From: an uncultured Gammaproteobacteria bacterium
GTDB lineage: Bacteria > Pseudomonadota > Gammaproteobacteria > Steroidobacterales > Rariloculaceae
Direction: 5' to 3'
DNA length: 64,000 bases
NCBI GenBank assembly: GCA_963782445.1
Contig: CAWAJM010000001.1
Span: 926,224-990,223 of the forward strand
The notes beneath the pieces are model-generated. The model was not told the DNA's origin and ran no database searches. It was given only the letters and a program-made list of their open reading frames with translations. The translations under genes were made by a program, and so were the position numbers. Shown here piece after piece: positions 17,639-30,196 of the stretch. Numbering within the stretch: the stretch's first letter is position 1; every line of letters starts with the position of its first letter.

Positions 17639-19374
17639 GCGAAACTCTCCGATGCGATCTTGCGGGGTTGCAGTTGCGGGCCGGCGGGCGGCGCCGCGGC
17701 TCTCGTCCTCGAGAGTTCGAGTGCCGCACTCGCGGGCACGGCCGCGCTGAAATAGTGTCCCTGGCCGAATCGGCAGCCGTGCTCCAGCAGGAAGCGCAGC
17801 TGCGCCTCGCGCTCGATGCCCTCGGCGACGGTCTCGAGCGAGAGCCGTTGCGCGATCGAAAGGATCACGCGGCAGATCTCGCGGCCGCCCGCGCCCTCCT
17901 CGAGATCGGTCACGAAGCTGCGGTCGATCTTGAGAACGTCGATCGGGAACTGCCGCAGGTAATTGAGGCACGAGTAGCCCGTGCCGAAGTCGTCGATGGC
18001 GAGCCGCAACCCGGCGTCCTTGAGCGCGCGCAGGCAGGCGCGCACGTCCTCGGTGTCCTCCATGAGCGAGGTCTCCGTCAGCTCGAGCTCGATGAGGCAG
18101 GGGTTCGTGCCGTGGCGGCGCAGGATCTTGCGGACCTGGGCCAGGAAATCGGCCTGATGGAAATGGATGGGGGCGACGTTGATCGCGATTCTCGGCACCT
18201 CGAAGCCCGCCTGTTCCCAGTCGCGGATCTGCCTGCATACGCGCTCGAACACCCACAGGCCGATGGGGACGATGTAGCCGCTGTCCTCGGCGACCTGGAT
18301 GAACTCGTCGGGGGAGACGAGCCCGCGCGTCGGATGCTGCCAGCGCAGCAGGGCTTCGAGCGCATGCACCTTGCCGTCGGCCAGGCCGACCTGCGGCTGA
18401 TACAGCAGGTGAAACTCGCCTTCGGCCAGCGCGTTTTTGAGATCCGTCTCGATGCGGTGATAGCGCACGATCTCCTCGTGCATGCTCTTCGTGAAGAACT
18501 TGAACGTATTGCGGCCGCTCTCCTTGGCCTGGTACATGGCGATGTCCGCGTTGTGCAGCAGCGCCATGGGATCGTTGTTGTCGAGCGGAAAGACGGTGAG
18601 ACCGATGCTCGCGGTCACGAAGAGCTGGCGATTGCCGACCTCGAACGGGTCCTGGAAGGCCGCGATGATGTTGTTGGCCACGGACTCGAGCTCGAGCGGG
18701 CTCTCTACCTCCTCGAGCAGGACCGCGAACTCGTCGCCGCCGAGGCGGGCGAGCAGATCGCCGGCGCGGATGCTGCTCTGCAGCCGACGCACGACGGCCC
18801 TGAGCAGGGCGTCGCCGAACTGGTGGCCAAGCGTGTCGTTGACCATCTTGAAGCGGTCGAGGTCGAGGAACAGCAGCCCCATGCGATTGCGGCTGCGCAG
18901 CGCGCGCGTCGTGGCGCGCTCGAGCTGGTCCTGCAGATACTGCCGGTTGGGAATGCCGGTCAGCGAGTCGTAGCGGGCGAGGTAGTTGAGCTTCGTCTCC
19001 GAGCGCTTGCGTTCGATGGCATAGCGGATCGAACGCAGGATGATGCGGCCGTCACCCTCCCACTTCACGAGGTAATCCTGCACGCCGCGGTTCAGGATCT
19101 CGACGGCGTAATCCTCGTCGCCGTGGCCGCTCAGCACGACGATCGGAATCGTAGGCTGGTGCTCGAGCACGGTCTCCACGCATTCGACGCCGGTGCCGTC
19201 CGGCAGGTGCAGGTCGAGCAGCACGACGTCGAAGCCGCCCGCACCGAGGCGTTCGACGGCCGCCGTGAGGCAGTCGCAGCGCTCGATCTCGAGGCCCGGG
19301 CCGCTGGCCCTGTTCAGGCAGGCGTTGAGAAACGCCGCGTCGTCGGCGTCGTCTTCGATGAGCAGGATCTTCAC
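17635..19374 (-). CDS. Response-regulator receiver fused to GGDEF and EAL domains (c-di-GMP turnover)
   Basis: The REC domain starts MKILLIEDDADD and includes VVLLDLHLPDG. The GGDEF motif is RLGGDEFAV. EAL motifs are EALLRW and DDFGTGYS. Confidence 0.92.
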   Translation of the reverse strand: MKILLIEDDADDAAFLNACLNRASGPGLEIERCDCLTAAVERLGAGGFDVVLLDLHLPDGTGVECVETVLEHQPTIPIVVLSGHGDEDYAVEILNRGVQDYLVKWEGDGRIILRSIRYAIERKRSETKLNYLARYDSLTGIPNRQYLQDQLERATTRALRSRNRMGLLFLDLDRFKMVNDTLGHQFGDALLRAVVRRLQSSIRAGDLLARLGGDEFAVLLEEVESPLELESVANNIIAAFQDPFEVGNRQLFVTASIGLTVFPLDNNDPMALLHNADIAMYQAKESGRNTFKFFTKSMHEEIVRYHRIETDLKNALAEGEFHLLYQPQVGLADGKVHALEALLRWQHPTRGLVSPDEFIQVAEDSGYIVPIGLWVFERVCRQIRDWEQAGFEVPRIAINVAPIHFHQADFLAQVRKILRRHGTNPCLIELELTETSLMEDTEDVRACLRALKDAGLRLAIDDFGTGYSCLNYLRQFPIDVLKIDRSFVTDLEEGAGGREICRVILSIAQRLSLETVAEGIEREAQLRFLLEHGCRFGQGHYFSAAVPASAALELSRTRAAAPPAGPQLQPRKIASESFA

Positions 19375-19592
19375 GGCGCCGGCGCGGCAGCAGAGGCTAC
19401 ATGCGGACGCAGGCGCCGGCCGTCAAAGGCGACGAGCGAGGATTGCCCCTGGCGTGCGTCCAACACGTGCTCCCCGAGTGCCGATCGCTGATCGATGGAA
19501 CGTAAGACGCTACCGCTCGCCCTCTGGCGAGCCCAGGAAATCGATCACATATTCACGGATGCACGCGGGGCGCGGCCGCCGTAGGGGCATCG

Positions 19593-20357
19593 TTACTCGG
19601 ACAGACTCCTAGGCGTGCCCGGCCGGCTCGCCCATTCGATGGCGCGCTCGAGCTCGCCGTAGCCGAAGTGTCTGATCTCGGCGCCGACGAAGGTCTCGAC
19701 GAGCGCGGGCGCGAGCTTGGCGATCTTGCCGTCGGCCGCGAGCGCGACGCGCCGGATCCGGCGGTGATGGTTGCGCACGAACTCCACGTGCCGCAGGAAG
19801 CTGCCGAGCGTCTCCCAGCCCGGGAACTCGCGCGAGTGCACGACGATGCCGTGGAGCTCGTGGCCCGCTTCGATCCATGGATCGACGCTCATGGCGATTG
19901 CGTCGAAATCCTCGACCGTGAGGCGGCCGTGCGGCTCGACGACGAGCACGTCGCGATCCGGAATCAGCCGATGCTCGAGTTGCGCGGCCGCGGCCGGCGC
20001 CGCGAGCCATGCGACGGCATCGTCCCGCTCGATGTCGCGGAAAACTCTGACGGGGCACGGCAGCAGGGTGCCGACGACGCGCGACGTGCCGCGTATCCAG
20101 TCCTTGTCGCTGACGATCGCGCAGCGCTCGAACAGCCGCAGATACCGCAGGCCGATCTCGGCGTCCTCCCAGGCACCGCCCGGCGTGAAGCCGGAAAAGC
20201 CGGGCGCGAAGTGGTACAGGAAGCGAATGCGGCGGCCCTCGCGCCGCGCCTCCTCGAGCATCGGGGCGACGACGCGGTCGTAATCCTCTTTCGCTACCTT
20301 GCCGGTTGCCCTGATGCCGTCGATCCCGGCCGGAAGGTCCTGCATTCGTTCGAGCAT
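19593..20357 (-). CDS. Tandem STAS/SEC14-like (SpoIIAA-like, DUF3478-type) domain protein
   Basis: 254 aa with two repeats of about 120 aa, each resembling STAS/SEC14-like domain proteins (for example RFLYHFAPGFSGFTPGGAWED and RVALAADGKIAKLAP). It lies 30 nt downstream of the DUF4397 gene. Confidence 0.55.
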   Translation of the reverse strand: MLERMQDLPAGIDGIRATGKVAKEDYDRVVAPMLEEARREGRRIRFLYHFAPGFSGFTPGGAWEDAEIGLRYLRLFERCAIVSDKDWIRGTSRVVGTLLPCPVRVFRDIERDDAVAWLAAPAAAAQLEHRLIPDRDVLVVEPHGRLTVEDFDAIAMSVDPWIEAGHELHGIVVHSREFPGWETLGSFLRHVEFVRNHHRRIRRVALAADGKIAKLAPALVETFVGAEIRHFGYGELERAIEWASRPGTPRSLSE

Positions 20358-20387
20358 GGTGCCTCCGTTGGCGTTGGGCCCGTCAGT

Positions 20388-21719
20388 TCAATTGAAGCCC
20401 TGCAGCTGCACGACGTTCGCGGTTCCCGAGGCGCCGTTCGTCACGAGAATCGTAAACAGGCCCTGCGTCAGGGTAACCGATTGCGGCCCGGCGACGATCG
20501 TGCTCGTCGTGGGATCGCGGACCACGAGGTCGTAGGTGCCGGGCGCCATGTCGAGCCAGGCGCCGATCGACGGCGGCGTCAGCTCGGATTGCGGGACGAC
20601 CGTCGTCACATCCGTGCCGGGCTGCACGAGGTAGAAATCGAGGTACGTGAATAGCCCCGCGGCGTTGATGAAGCGGAGGCGGGCGTCGTTCGCGATCGTG
20701 CGTTTGTCGTTCGTGCTGCCGACGACGGCCAGGCTGCCCGGGTCGCCGGCGATGAGCAGCGTCTCCGTGGCGCCTTGCGAGGCCGTGAACGCGCCCTGCA
20801 CCTCGCTCGCGCCCGGATTGCCGGCCGGCGTCACGTTCGCCGAGTGGTCGCCGGGCGGGATCTGAATCGTCTGCGTGACGGACGGGCTCGGCACGGCCGC
20901 GAAGCGCGGCGTGGTTTCCGAGTCGAGGTAAAGGTCGCGGGCGCCGCCGTCGCTCGCCGCATTGACGACCTCGAGGCCCGACTGGGCGTTCTGGTCGTAG
21001 AGCACGCTGCTGGCTGGGCCCGCCACGACGACGCTGAGCGGCGTGAGCCCGCCGTTCGCCCCGTCCGCGATAACGAAGGTGCTTGCGCTGCCGGCGGCCA
21101 GCGTGACGGTCGGCGAGCGGAACAGCACGTTGGCCGGGTTACCGGACTCCGTCAGCACGAGCTGATAGTCGCCGGCCGTGAGGCCGGTTGGAGACAGCGT
21201 GCCCTTGAAGGCGACATTGCCGAGCGGCGTTGCGGCGGCCGGGTCCGCGCCCGGCGCGAGAACGTAGGCGTCCACGGCGGCGGCGGAGTGGGCCGCATGG
21301 ACGACGGCGATCTGTGCGTCCGTCGAGCTCGTAAAGACCGGGGCCGCGAGCGTGATCGGCGCGATGCCGCCGTTCCCGTCGTCGGCGAGCACGAAGAGAT
21401 AGTCGGTGCCGTGCTGGACCTGTTTCGTGAAGCTCGTGACTTCCGTTGCGCTGGTCGCGCCCGGCGGCGTCGTCCGGACGTGGAAGTCGTAGGTGTCCTC
21501 GTCGAAGACGAGGTTGCTCGAGACCTGGCGGAACGCCAGGGTCGACTCGATGTGCGCCTGGCGCACGAAGTCCAGCGAGCCGAGCGCCGAGGCCGCATCG
21601 ACGACCTGGACATTCACGCTCGGTGGGCGAGTGATGCCGCCCTTGCAGCCGGAGACGGTGAACGCGAACGCGGCGAGGAGGAGCCCGGCGAGCGCCGGGC
21701 GCAGAGTGCGTGAGGGCAT
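20388..21719 (-). CDS. DUF4397-like repeat lipoprotein
   Basis: Start is MPSRTLRPALAGLLLAAFAFTVSGC (lipobox). It has four roughly 100-aa beta-rich repeats rich in T/V/A/G. Confidence 0.6.
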   Translation of the reverse strand: MPSRTLRPALAGLLLAAFAFTVSGCKGGITRPPSVNVQVVDAASALGSLDFVRQAHIESTLAFRQVSSNLVFDEDTYDFHVRTTPPGATSATEVTSFTKQVQHGTDYLFVLADDGNGGIAPITLAAPVFTSSTDAQIAVVHAAHSAAAVDAYVLAPGADPAAATPLGNVAFKGTLSPTGLTAGDYQLVLTESGNPANVLFRSPTVTLAAGSASTFVIADGANGGLTPLSVVVAGPASSVLYDQNAQSGLEVVNAASDGGARDLYLDSETTPRFAAVPSPSVTQTIQIPPGDHSANVTPAGNPGASEVQGAFTASQGATETLLIAGDPGSLAVVGSTNDKRTIANDARLRFINAAGLFTYLDFYLVQPGTDVTTVVPQSELTPPSIGAWLDMAPGTYDLVVRDPTTSTIVAGPQSVTLTQGLFTILVTNGASGTANVVQLQGFN

Positions 21720-21853
21720 GCGATTCGGGGGGCGTTGGTACGGGCCGCCCATGTTACAGGGTCCCCGGGCGCCGGGACAGGCCGTGCGCGGGCCGCGACG
21801 GGCAGGCGGGCGGCCTGCCCGCTACAATGCCGACCGCAGATCAAGGACACGCG

Positions 21854-22831
21854 ATGCAGGGATTCGTCGTAAGGACACTCGTCACGGGCGCCGGGCTCGC
21901 GTTCGCGGTCTGTGCCCACGGGCAGCAGGTCGAGCCGTTCCGCACGCTCAACCTGAGCCCGACGGTCGCGGTCTTCGGCCTGCCGAGTTGGGAAACGCCT
22001 GCCGCGGGCACGCGTGTGGCCGTCGTGGGCGATATCGCCAACGACTACCGCTTCTCTTCGAGCGGCGCCGATGTCCTGGCGCTCGACGGGGAGACCTGGC
22101 GGGGGAGCGTCGAGATCGAGCATGCCTTCGCTGCGAGCTGGACGGCCGGCATCGCGATTCCCTACGAGCGGCAGACGGGCGGGGTGCTCGACGATCCCAT
22201 CGACGCCTGGCACTCGGCTTTCAACCTGCCGGACGGCGGCCGCAACGAGCGGCCCCAGGATCAGCTGCTTTTCCTGCTCGGCAGCCGGACCGGCGGCCTC
22301 ACGAGCCTGCGTCACGGTGCGGGCGGCCGGGGCGACGTGCGCCTCGGGCTCGGCCGCCGCTTCGACGCGGCAGCGGGCGACTACTACGTGCACGCGACCG
22401 TCAAGCTGCCGACCGGCGACGCCGCGATCCTGACCGGCAGCGGCTCGGCGGATCTCGCGGTGACGCTGTTGCGCTCCCGGCCGCTGCCGCTGAAGCGGCG
22501 GCCGGCCGGCATCTTCTGGGGCGTCGGCGGCGTGCGCCTCGGCGAGGCCGAGCGCGTCCCGTACGTCCAGCGGCGCAACGTCTTTGCCGGGACGATCGGC
22601 GCCGGCGTCAGGATCCTGCCGCGCACGGGGTTCGAGGTGCAGCTCGAGGTGCACAGCGCGCTCTACGATTCGGCGCTCACGGAGCTCGGTCGGCCGGCCG
22701 TGCAGGCCAGTCTCGGCGGATGGCGGGAACTCGAGCGCGGCCGCAGGCTCGAATTCGCGATCAACGAGGATTTGAGCGTCGGCACGGCGCCGGATGTCGC
22801 CGTGCATGTCGCCTACGTTTGGAATCTATGA
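21854..22831 (+). CDS. DUF3187-like outer-membrane beta-barrel protein
   Basis: Start is MQGFVVRTLVTGAGLAFAVCAHGQ (signal peptide). The sequence alternates in beta-strand style and ends aromatically (VAYVWNL). Confidence 0.55.
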   Translation: MQGFVVRTLVTGAGLAFAVCAHGQQVEPFRTLNLSPTVAVFGLPSWETPAAGTRVAVVGDIANDYRFSSSGADVLALDGETWRGSVEIEHAFAASWTAGIAIPYERQTGGVLDDPIDAWHSAFNLPDGGRNERPQDQLLFLLGSRTGGLTSLRHGAGGRGDVRLGLGRRFDAAAGDYYVHATVKLPTGDAAILTGSGSADLAVTLLRSRPLPLKRRPAGIFWGVGGVRLGEAERVPYVQRRNVFAGTIGAGVRILPRTGFEVQLEVHSALYDSALTELGRPAVQASLGGWRELERGRRLEFAINEDLSVGTAPDVAVHVAYVWNL

Positions 22832-23499
22832 ACCCATCGAAGAAGGCGGCGGCCGCGCTCGGGCTCGGGTGCGCGGTGGGGCTCGGGCTCGCGGGCTGCG
22901 GTCCCGCCGGCGGCGGTGCGGCGCCCAACGCGCCGGCAGGGCAGGCCGCGGCCGCGGCGTCGGGAGACGGAGCACCAGACCCGAGCGCGTCGAGTCCGGC
23001 CGTCCCGAGCGCGGCGCAGTTCCGCGGCGCCGAGGCCGAGCGCGCGGCGGCGTACCTGGCGGAGCCGCGCTATGCGCAGGCCGACGCGAAACGCGGTGCG
23101 CTGCTCGTGCTCGCGTGCAAGGCCTGCCATGCAATCGATCCCGGCGAGACGAACGATCACGCGCCGAGGCTCGCGGGCGTCATCGGCCGCGTCGCCGGCT
23201 CGCGCGGCGACTTCGACTACTCGGACGCCTTGAAAGCCTCCGGCATCGTCTGGACCCCGGCCGCGATCGAGGCCTGGCTCGCAAACCCGGCGAATTTCGT
23301 GCCGGGGACCAAGATGAAGTTCACGGGTTTCGCCTCGGCCGAGGACCGCCGCGACGTCGTCGCCTACCTGCTCCGACACGCCGGCAGTGCCGGCAAGGCC
23401 CCTTCGGCTGCCGCGTCCGGGACGGCGGACGGGGCGGCCGGCGGCGAAGCGGGCGCCGCAGCGGATGCCCCGGATGCCGAGGCGCGCGCGAGCCGCTGA
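22828..23499 (+). CDS. Lipoprotein class I (c2-like) cytochrome c
   Basis: Start is MNPSKKAAAALGLGCAVGLGLAGC (lipobox). It has the heme motif CKACH and a distal Met in PGTKMKF. Ala/Gly/Pro-rich linkers lie at both ends. Its start overlaps the DUF3187 stop (ATGA). Confidence 0.8.
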   Translation: MNPSKKAAAALGLGCAVGLGLAGCGPAGGGAAPNAPAGQAAAAASGDGAPDPSASSPAVPSAAQFRGAEAERAAAYLAEPRYAQADAKRGALLVLACKACHAIDPGETNDHAPRLAGVIGRVAGSRGDFDYSDALKASGIVWTPAAIEAWLANPANFVPGTKMKFTGFASAEDRRDVVAYLLRHAGSAGKAPSAAASGTADGAAGGEAGAAADAPDAEARASR

Positions 23500-23596
23500 G
23501 CCGGCCGGCCCGCGTCGAATTGCTTTACGCCGTACGCCGCCGAGCGGCGCGGAATCCGCTTCCAGGCTCGTTTCGTGCCTGCGGTCCGGATTTTGC

Positions 23597-24157
23597 ATGA
23601 CGGGTGCGAGCCAAAGACGGAAGGGCGGCATGTCGAACAGGATGGTGGGAAGCAGGAGCGGGATGGACGGCAGCGCGGGCGCGGCGATGACCGTGGCCGT
23701 AGGCAGCGAGGACACGGTGCTCGTCGAACGCCGCCAGGGGGACCGCCGGCGATTGACGCTGCGCACCTTCCTCCGGGGCGGCTTCACGCCCCGCCGGCGG
23801 CGCGGGCGCCGCAAGGCGGATGCCCATTTTCTCGTCGACTGGCACGAGCCCCATCTGCTGTTTCTCTCGGTGGCGATCCTGCTGCTCAGCATGGCCGATG
23901 CGTTCCTGACGCTTTCGCTGTTGACGCGGGGCGCGCAGGAGGTCAACCCGGTCCTGCGTTACGTGCTGCAATTCCACCCGCAGCTGTTCGCCGGTGCCAA
24001 GATGGCGCTGACGGGCGCAGGCGTGCTCGTGCTCGTCGCGCTCGGGCGCGCCCGCGTGTTCCGGATCATCCGAGTCAGCTCCATCATGCACTGGGCGCTG
24101 CTCGGCTACTCGGCGCTCATCGCCTACGAGTGGTTTCTGCTGCACGTCGTCTCGTAG
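23597..24157 (+). CDS. DUF5658-like small membrane protein with an Arg-rich N-terminus
   Basis: The C-terminal half has 3-4 TM segments (LLFLSVAILLLSMADAFLTLSLL...). The N-terminal region ERRQGDRRRLTLRTFLRGGFTPRRRRGRR is typical of this family. The start is uncertain, with several in-frame ATGs between 23597 and 23690. Confidence 0.5.
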   Translation: MTGASQRRKGGMSNRMVGSRSGMDGSAGAAMTVAVGSEDTVLVERRQGDRRRLTLRTFLRGGFTPRRRRGRRKADAHFLVDWHEPHLLFLSVAILLLSMADAFLTLSLLTRGAQEVNPVLRYVLQFHPQLFAGAKMALTGAGVLVLVALGRARVFRIIRVSSIMHWALLGYSALIAYEWFLLHVVS

Positions 24158-24268
24158 CGCCGCGCGTTTGAACTTGACCGGCGTTTAGCTACACTACGCC
24201 GGCTTTTCGAGGCCCGAGCGGACTCAGCGCGCGCACTCGCGCCTCGCCCGCCTCAGGCCTTTGCGGCA

Positions 24269-27181
<2,913 letters not shown>

Positions 27182-27192
27182 GTGAGGCAATA

Positions 27193-28506
27193 GTGAATAT
27201 CGAGGTCAAGGTTCCCCAACTTCCCGAGTCCGTTACCGACGCGACGCTCGTCACCTGGCACAAGAAGGCCGGCGACACGGTGCGCCGCGACGAGAATCTC
27301 GTCGATCTCGAGACCGACAAGGTCGTGCTCGAGGTGCCGGCGCCGAGCAGCGGCGTGCTCAAGGAGATCAAAGTCGGCGACGGCGCGACCGTGACGAGCG
27401 GCCAGGTGCTGGCCGTGCTCGAGCCCGGCGAGGCGGCCGCGGAGACGCGGGCCCAGCAAGAGGCGCCCGCGTCGGCTGCGCCGACGGCCGCGCCCGAGGC
27501 CCCGGCCAGAGGCCGTCCGGCGGCTGCCGCGCCGAGTGCGCCGCCCGAACGGCGGGCCGAGGGGCAGCGCGAGCGGGTCGAGACGGCGCCGCGACCGGCC
27601 GAGGGCCGCGACGCGCAGCGCGTGGGGCCGGCGGTCCGAAAGCTCGTCGAGGAGCACGATCTCGATGTCTCGTCCATTCACGGCACGGGCCGCGAAGGCC
27701 GCGTGACCAAGGGCGACGTCCTCGGCTATCTCGCCACGAACCAGGCCGCGAGCTTCGGGCTCGAGGAAGAGGAGCCCGCCGGCGAGGAGGGCGGCGCCGT
27801 CGGCATGCGGCGCGAGGAACGCGTGGCCATGACCCGCCTGCGCCGGCGTATCGCCGAGCGGCTCGTCGACGCACAGCACACCGCCGCGATGCTCACGACG
27901 TTCAACGAGATCGACATGTCGGCCGTCATGGCGCTGCGCAGCCGTTACCAGGAGGCGTTCCAGAAGCGCTACGACATCAAGCTCGGCTTCATGTCGTTTT
28001 TCGTGCGGGCGTCCATCGAGGCGCTGCGGCAGTATCCGCTGCTCAACGCCTCGATCGACGGCGCCGAGATCGTCTACCACGAGTATTTCGACGTCGGCGT
28101 CGCCGTCTCGACGGAGCGCGGGCTGCTCGTGCCCGTGCTGCGCAACGCCGAGACCATGAGCTTCGCCGAGATCGAGAGCACGATCGCGGACTTCGCGCGC
28201 CGCGGCGCCGCGGGCACGATCGACCTCGAAGAGCTCACGGGCGGCACGTTCACGATCACGAACGGCGGCATCTTCGGCTCGCTCATGTCGACGCCGATCC
28301 TGAATCCGCCGCAGTGCGGCATACTCGGCATGCACAAAATCGAGCAGCGGCCCGTCGTCGTCGACGGGCAGATCGTCGCGCGGCCCATGATGTACGTCGC
28401 GCTGACCTACGACCACCGCCTCATCGACGGGCGCGAAGCGGTACAGTTCCTCGTCGCGCTCAAGCAGTCCCTCGAAGATCCCGCGCGACTCATCTTGCAG
28501 GTTTGA
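27193..28506 (+). CDS. sucB: Dihydrolipoyllysine-residue succinyltransferase (E2o)
   Basis: A GTG start gives (M)[24 protein letters not shown]. The lipoyl Lys lies in [10 protein letters not shown], and the catalytic motif is DHRLIDG. Confidence 0.93.
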   Translation: MNIEVKVPQLPESVTDATLVTWHKKAGDTVRRDENLVDLETDKVVLEVPAPSSGVLKEIKVGDGATVTSGQVLAVLEPGEAAAETRAQQEAPASAAPTAAPEAPARGRPAAAAPSAPPERRAEGQRERVETAPRPAEGRDAQRVGPAVRKLVEEHDLDVSSIHGTGREGRVTKGDVLGYLATNQAASFGLEEEEPAGEEGGAVGMRREERVAMTRLRRRIAERLVDAQHTAAMLTTFNEIDMSAVMALRSRYQEAFQKRYDIKLGFMSFFVRASIEALRQYPLLNASIDGAEIVYHEYFDVGVAVSTERGLLVPVLRNAETMSFAEIESTIADFARRGAAGTIDLEELTGGTFTITNGGIFGSLMSTPILNPPQCGILGMHKIEQRPVVVDGQIVARPMMYVALTYDHRLIDGREAVQFLVALKQSLEDPARLILQV

Positions 28507-28509
28507 TCC

Positions 28510-29937
28510 ATGACTGAGCAGAATTTCGACGTCGTTGTGATCGGCGGCGGCCCCGCCGGCTACCCCGCCGCCATTCGCGCCGCGCAGCTCGGCCTTTCGG
28601 CCGCCTGCGTCGACGAATGGGCCTCCGCCGACGGCGGCCGGCCCTTCGGCGGCACCTGCCTCAACGTCGGCTGCATTCCCTCGAAGGCGCTGCTCGAGTC
28701 CTCCGAGCTCTACCATCGGGCCGAGCACGAGTTCGAGGCGCACGGCATCGACGTGGGCTCGCTCGCGGTCGATGTCGGGCGCATGCTCGAGCGCAAGCGT
28801 TCGATCGTGAAGCAGCTCACGACCGGCATCGAGGCGCTGTTCAAGTCGTCGGGCGTCACGGCGATCAAGGGCCACGGGCGGCTGCTCGCGGGCAACCGTG
28901 TCGAGGTCACGGACGGCGGGGAGACGCGCACGCTCGAGGCGCGCCACGTCGTCATCGCGACGGGCTCGACGCCGGTCGAGCTCCCGATTGCGAAGTTCGA
29001 CGGCGAGCGCATCGTCGATTCGGCAGGTGCGTTGGAATTTGCCGAGGTGCCGAAGCGCCTCGGCGTCATCGGTGCGGGTGTCATCGGCCTCGAGCTCGGC
29101 AGCGTGTGGCGCCGGCTCGGCGCCGAGGTCGTGCTGCTCGAGGCGCTCGAGACGTTCCTGCCGGCCGTCGACCGCCAGGTCGCGAACGAGGCGCTGCGCC
29201 AGTTCAAGCGCCAGGGGCTCGACGTGCGGCTCGGTGCGAAGGTCACGGGCGCCGAGGCCGCGGGCGGCGGCGTCAAGGTGCGCTACGAGCAGGACGGCGC
29301 GAGCGCCGGCCTCGAGGTCGACAAGCTCATTGTCTGCGTCGGCCGGCGGCCGTTCACGGAGGGGCTGCTCGGCGCGGACATGGGCGTCGTGCTCGACGGC
29401 CGGGGCTTCGTCGAAGTGGACGACTTCTGCCGCACGGGCGCGCCGAACGTCTGGGCCGTCGGCAACGTCGTGCGCGGCCCGATGCTCGCGCACAAGGGCA
29501 CCGAGGAGGGCGTCATGGTCGCCGAGCTCATCGCGGGACAGACGGCCGAGGTCAACTACGGCGCGATCCCGTCCGTCATCTACACGGCGCCCGAAGTCGC
29601 CTGGGTCGGCCAGAGCGAGGAGCAGGTCAAGGCCTCCGGCCGGCCTTACAAGGTCGGCACGTTCCCGTTCAGCGCCAACGGCCGCGCCAAGGCCATGCAG
29701 CAGACGAGCGGCCTCGTGAAGCTCATCGCCGACGAGCAGTACGACGACATCCTGGGCGTCCACATCGTGGGCCCGCTCGCGGGCGAGCTCATCGCCGAAG
29801 CCGTGCTCGCCATGGAGTTCTCGGCATCGGCCGAGGACCTGCAGCGGACCGTGCATGCCCACCCGACGCTCAGCGAAGCCGTGCACGAGGCGGCGCTGTC
29901 GGCCGACAAGCACGCGATTCACGCGATCAATAAATAG
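28510..29937 (+). CDS. lpdA: Dihydrolipoyl dehydrogenase (E3)
   Basis: The FAD motif is VVVIGGGPAGY, the redox disulfide is GGTCLNVGCIPSK, and the C-terminal motif is HAHPTLSE. Confidence 0.95.
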   Translation: MTEQNFDVVVIGGGPAGYPAAIRAAQLGLSAACVDEWASADGGRPFGGTCLNVGCIPSKALLESSELYHRAEHEFEAHGIDVGSLAVDVGRMLERKRSIVKQLTTGIEALFKSSGVTAIKGHGRLLAGNRVEVTDGGETRTLEARHVVIATGSTPVELPIAKFDGERIVDSAGALEFAEVPKRLGVIGAGVIGLELGSVWRRLGAEVVLLEALETFLPAVDRQVANEALRQFKRQGLDVRLGAKVTGAEAAGGGVKVRYEQDGASAGLEVDKLIVCVGRRPFTEGLLGADMGVVLDGRGFVEVDDFCRTGAPNVWAVGNVVRGPMLAHKGTEEGVMVAELIAGQTAEVNYGAIPSVIYTAPEVAWVGQSEEQVKASGRPYKVGTFPFSANGRAKAMQQTSGLVKLIADEQYDDILGVHIVGPLAGELIAEAVLAMEFSASAEDLQRTVHAHPTLSEAVHEAALSADKHAIHAINK

Positions 29938-29943
29938 GCACAA

Positions 29944-30024
29944 AAAAAGGGGTCAGAGCCCTTTTTCGCGCCGCAGCCGCAACGCCGCCGGCCCAAGGGC
30001 GAAAAAGGGCTCTGACCCCTTTTT
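29944..30024. repeat. REP-like palindromic element, copy 2 (inverted pair); probable terminator of suc-lpd
   Basis: AAAAAGGGGTCAGAGCCCTTTTTCGC (29944-29969) and its reverse complement (29999-30024) are separated by a 29-nt spacer. The element starts 7 nt after the lpdA stop. Confidence 0.9.
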
Positions 30025-30196
30025 CCGTTTCCGTCGCATACATTACGTAAATCCCGTTATGATAGGCGCCGGCAGGTTCCGCAAGGGACCGGCCGAGTGG
30101 GATACGGAGTTCGAATACGGTTTTCGGGGTGCGTGACGGGCGGCCAGGGAGCGGCGCGTCCGCGCTCCGCACAGGACAGGCTGGGAGTGCAGTGAC

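Noticed and set aside
15684-18256. Long N-terminal extensions of the CheY-like regulator (418 aa) and the PAS kinase (717 aa) in the ORF track
   Set aside because: The extensions are Arg/Pro-rich nonsense that overlaps the upstream genes. The conserved domains begin at the internal ATGs, which overlap the upstream stop codons.
21493-23499. 668-aa plus-strand ORF suggesting one large protein
   Set aside because: Only the last 223 codons, from MNPSKK at 22828, form a coherent lipoprotein cytochrome c. The upstream part is out-of-frame read-through of the DUF4397 and DUF3187 regions.
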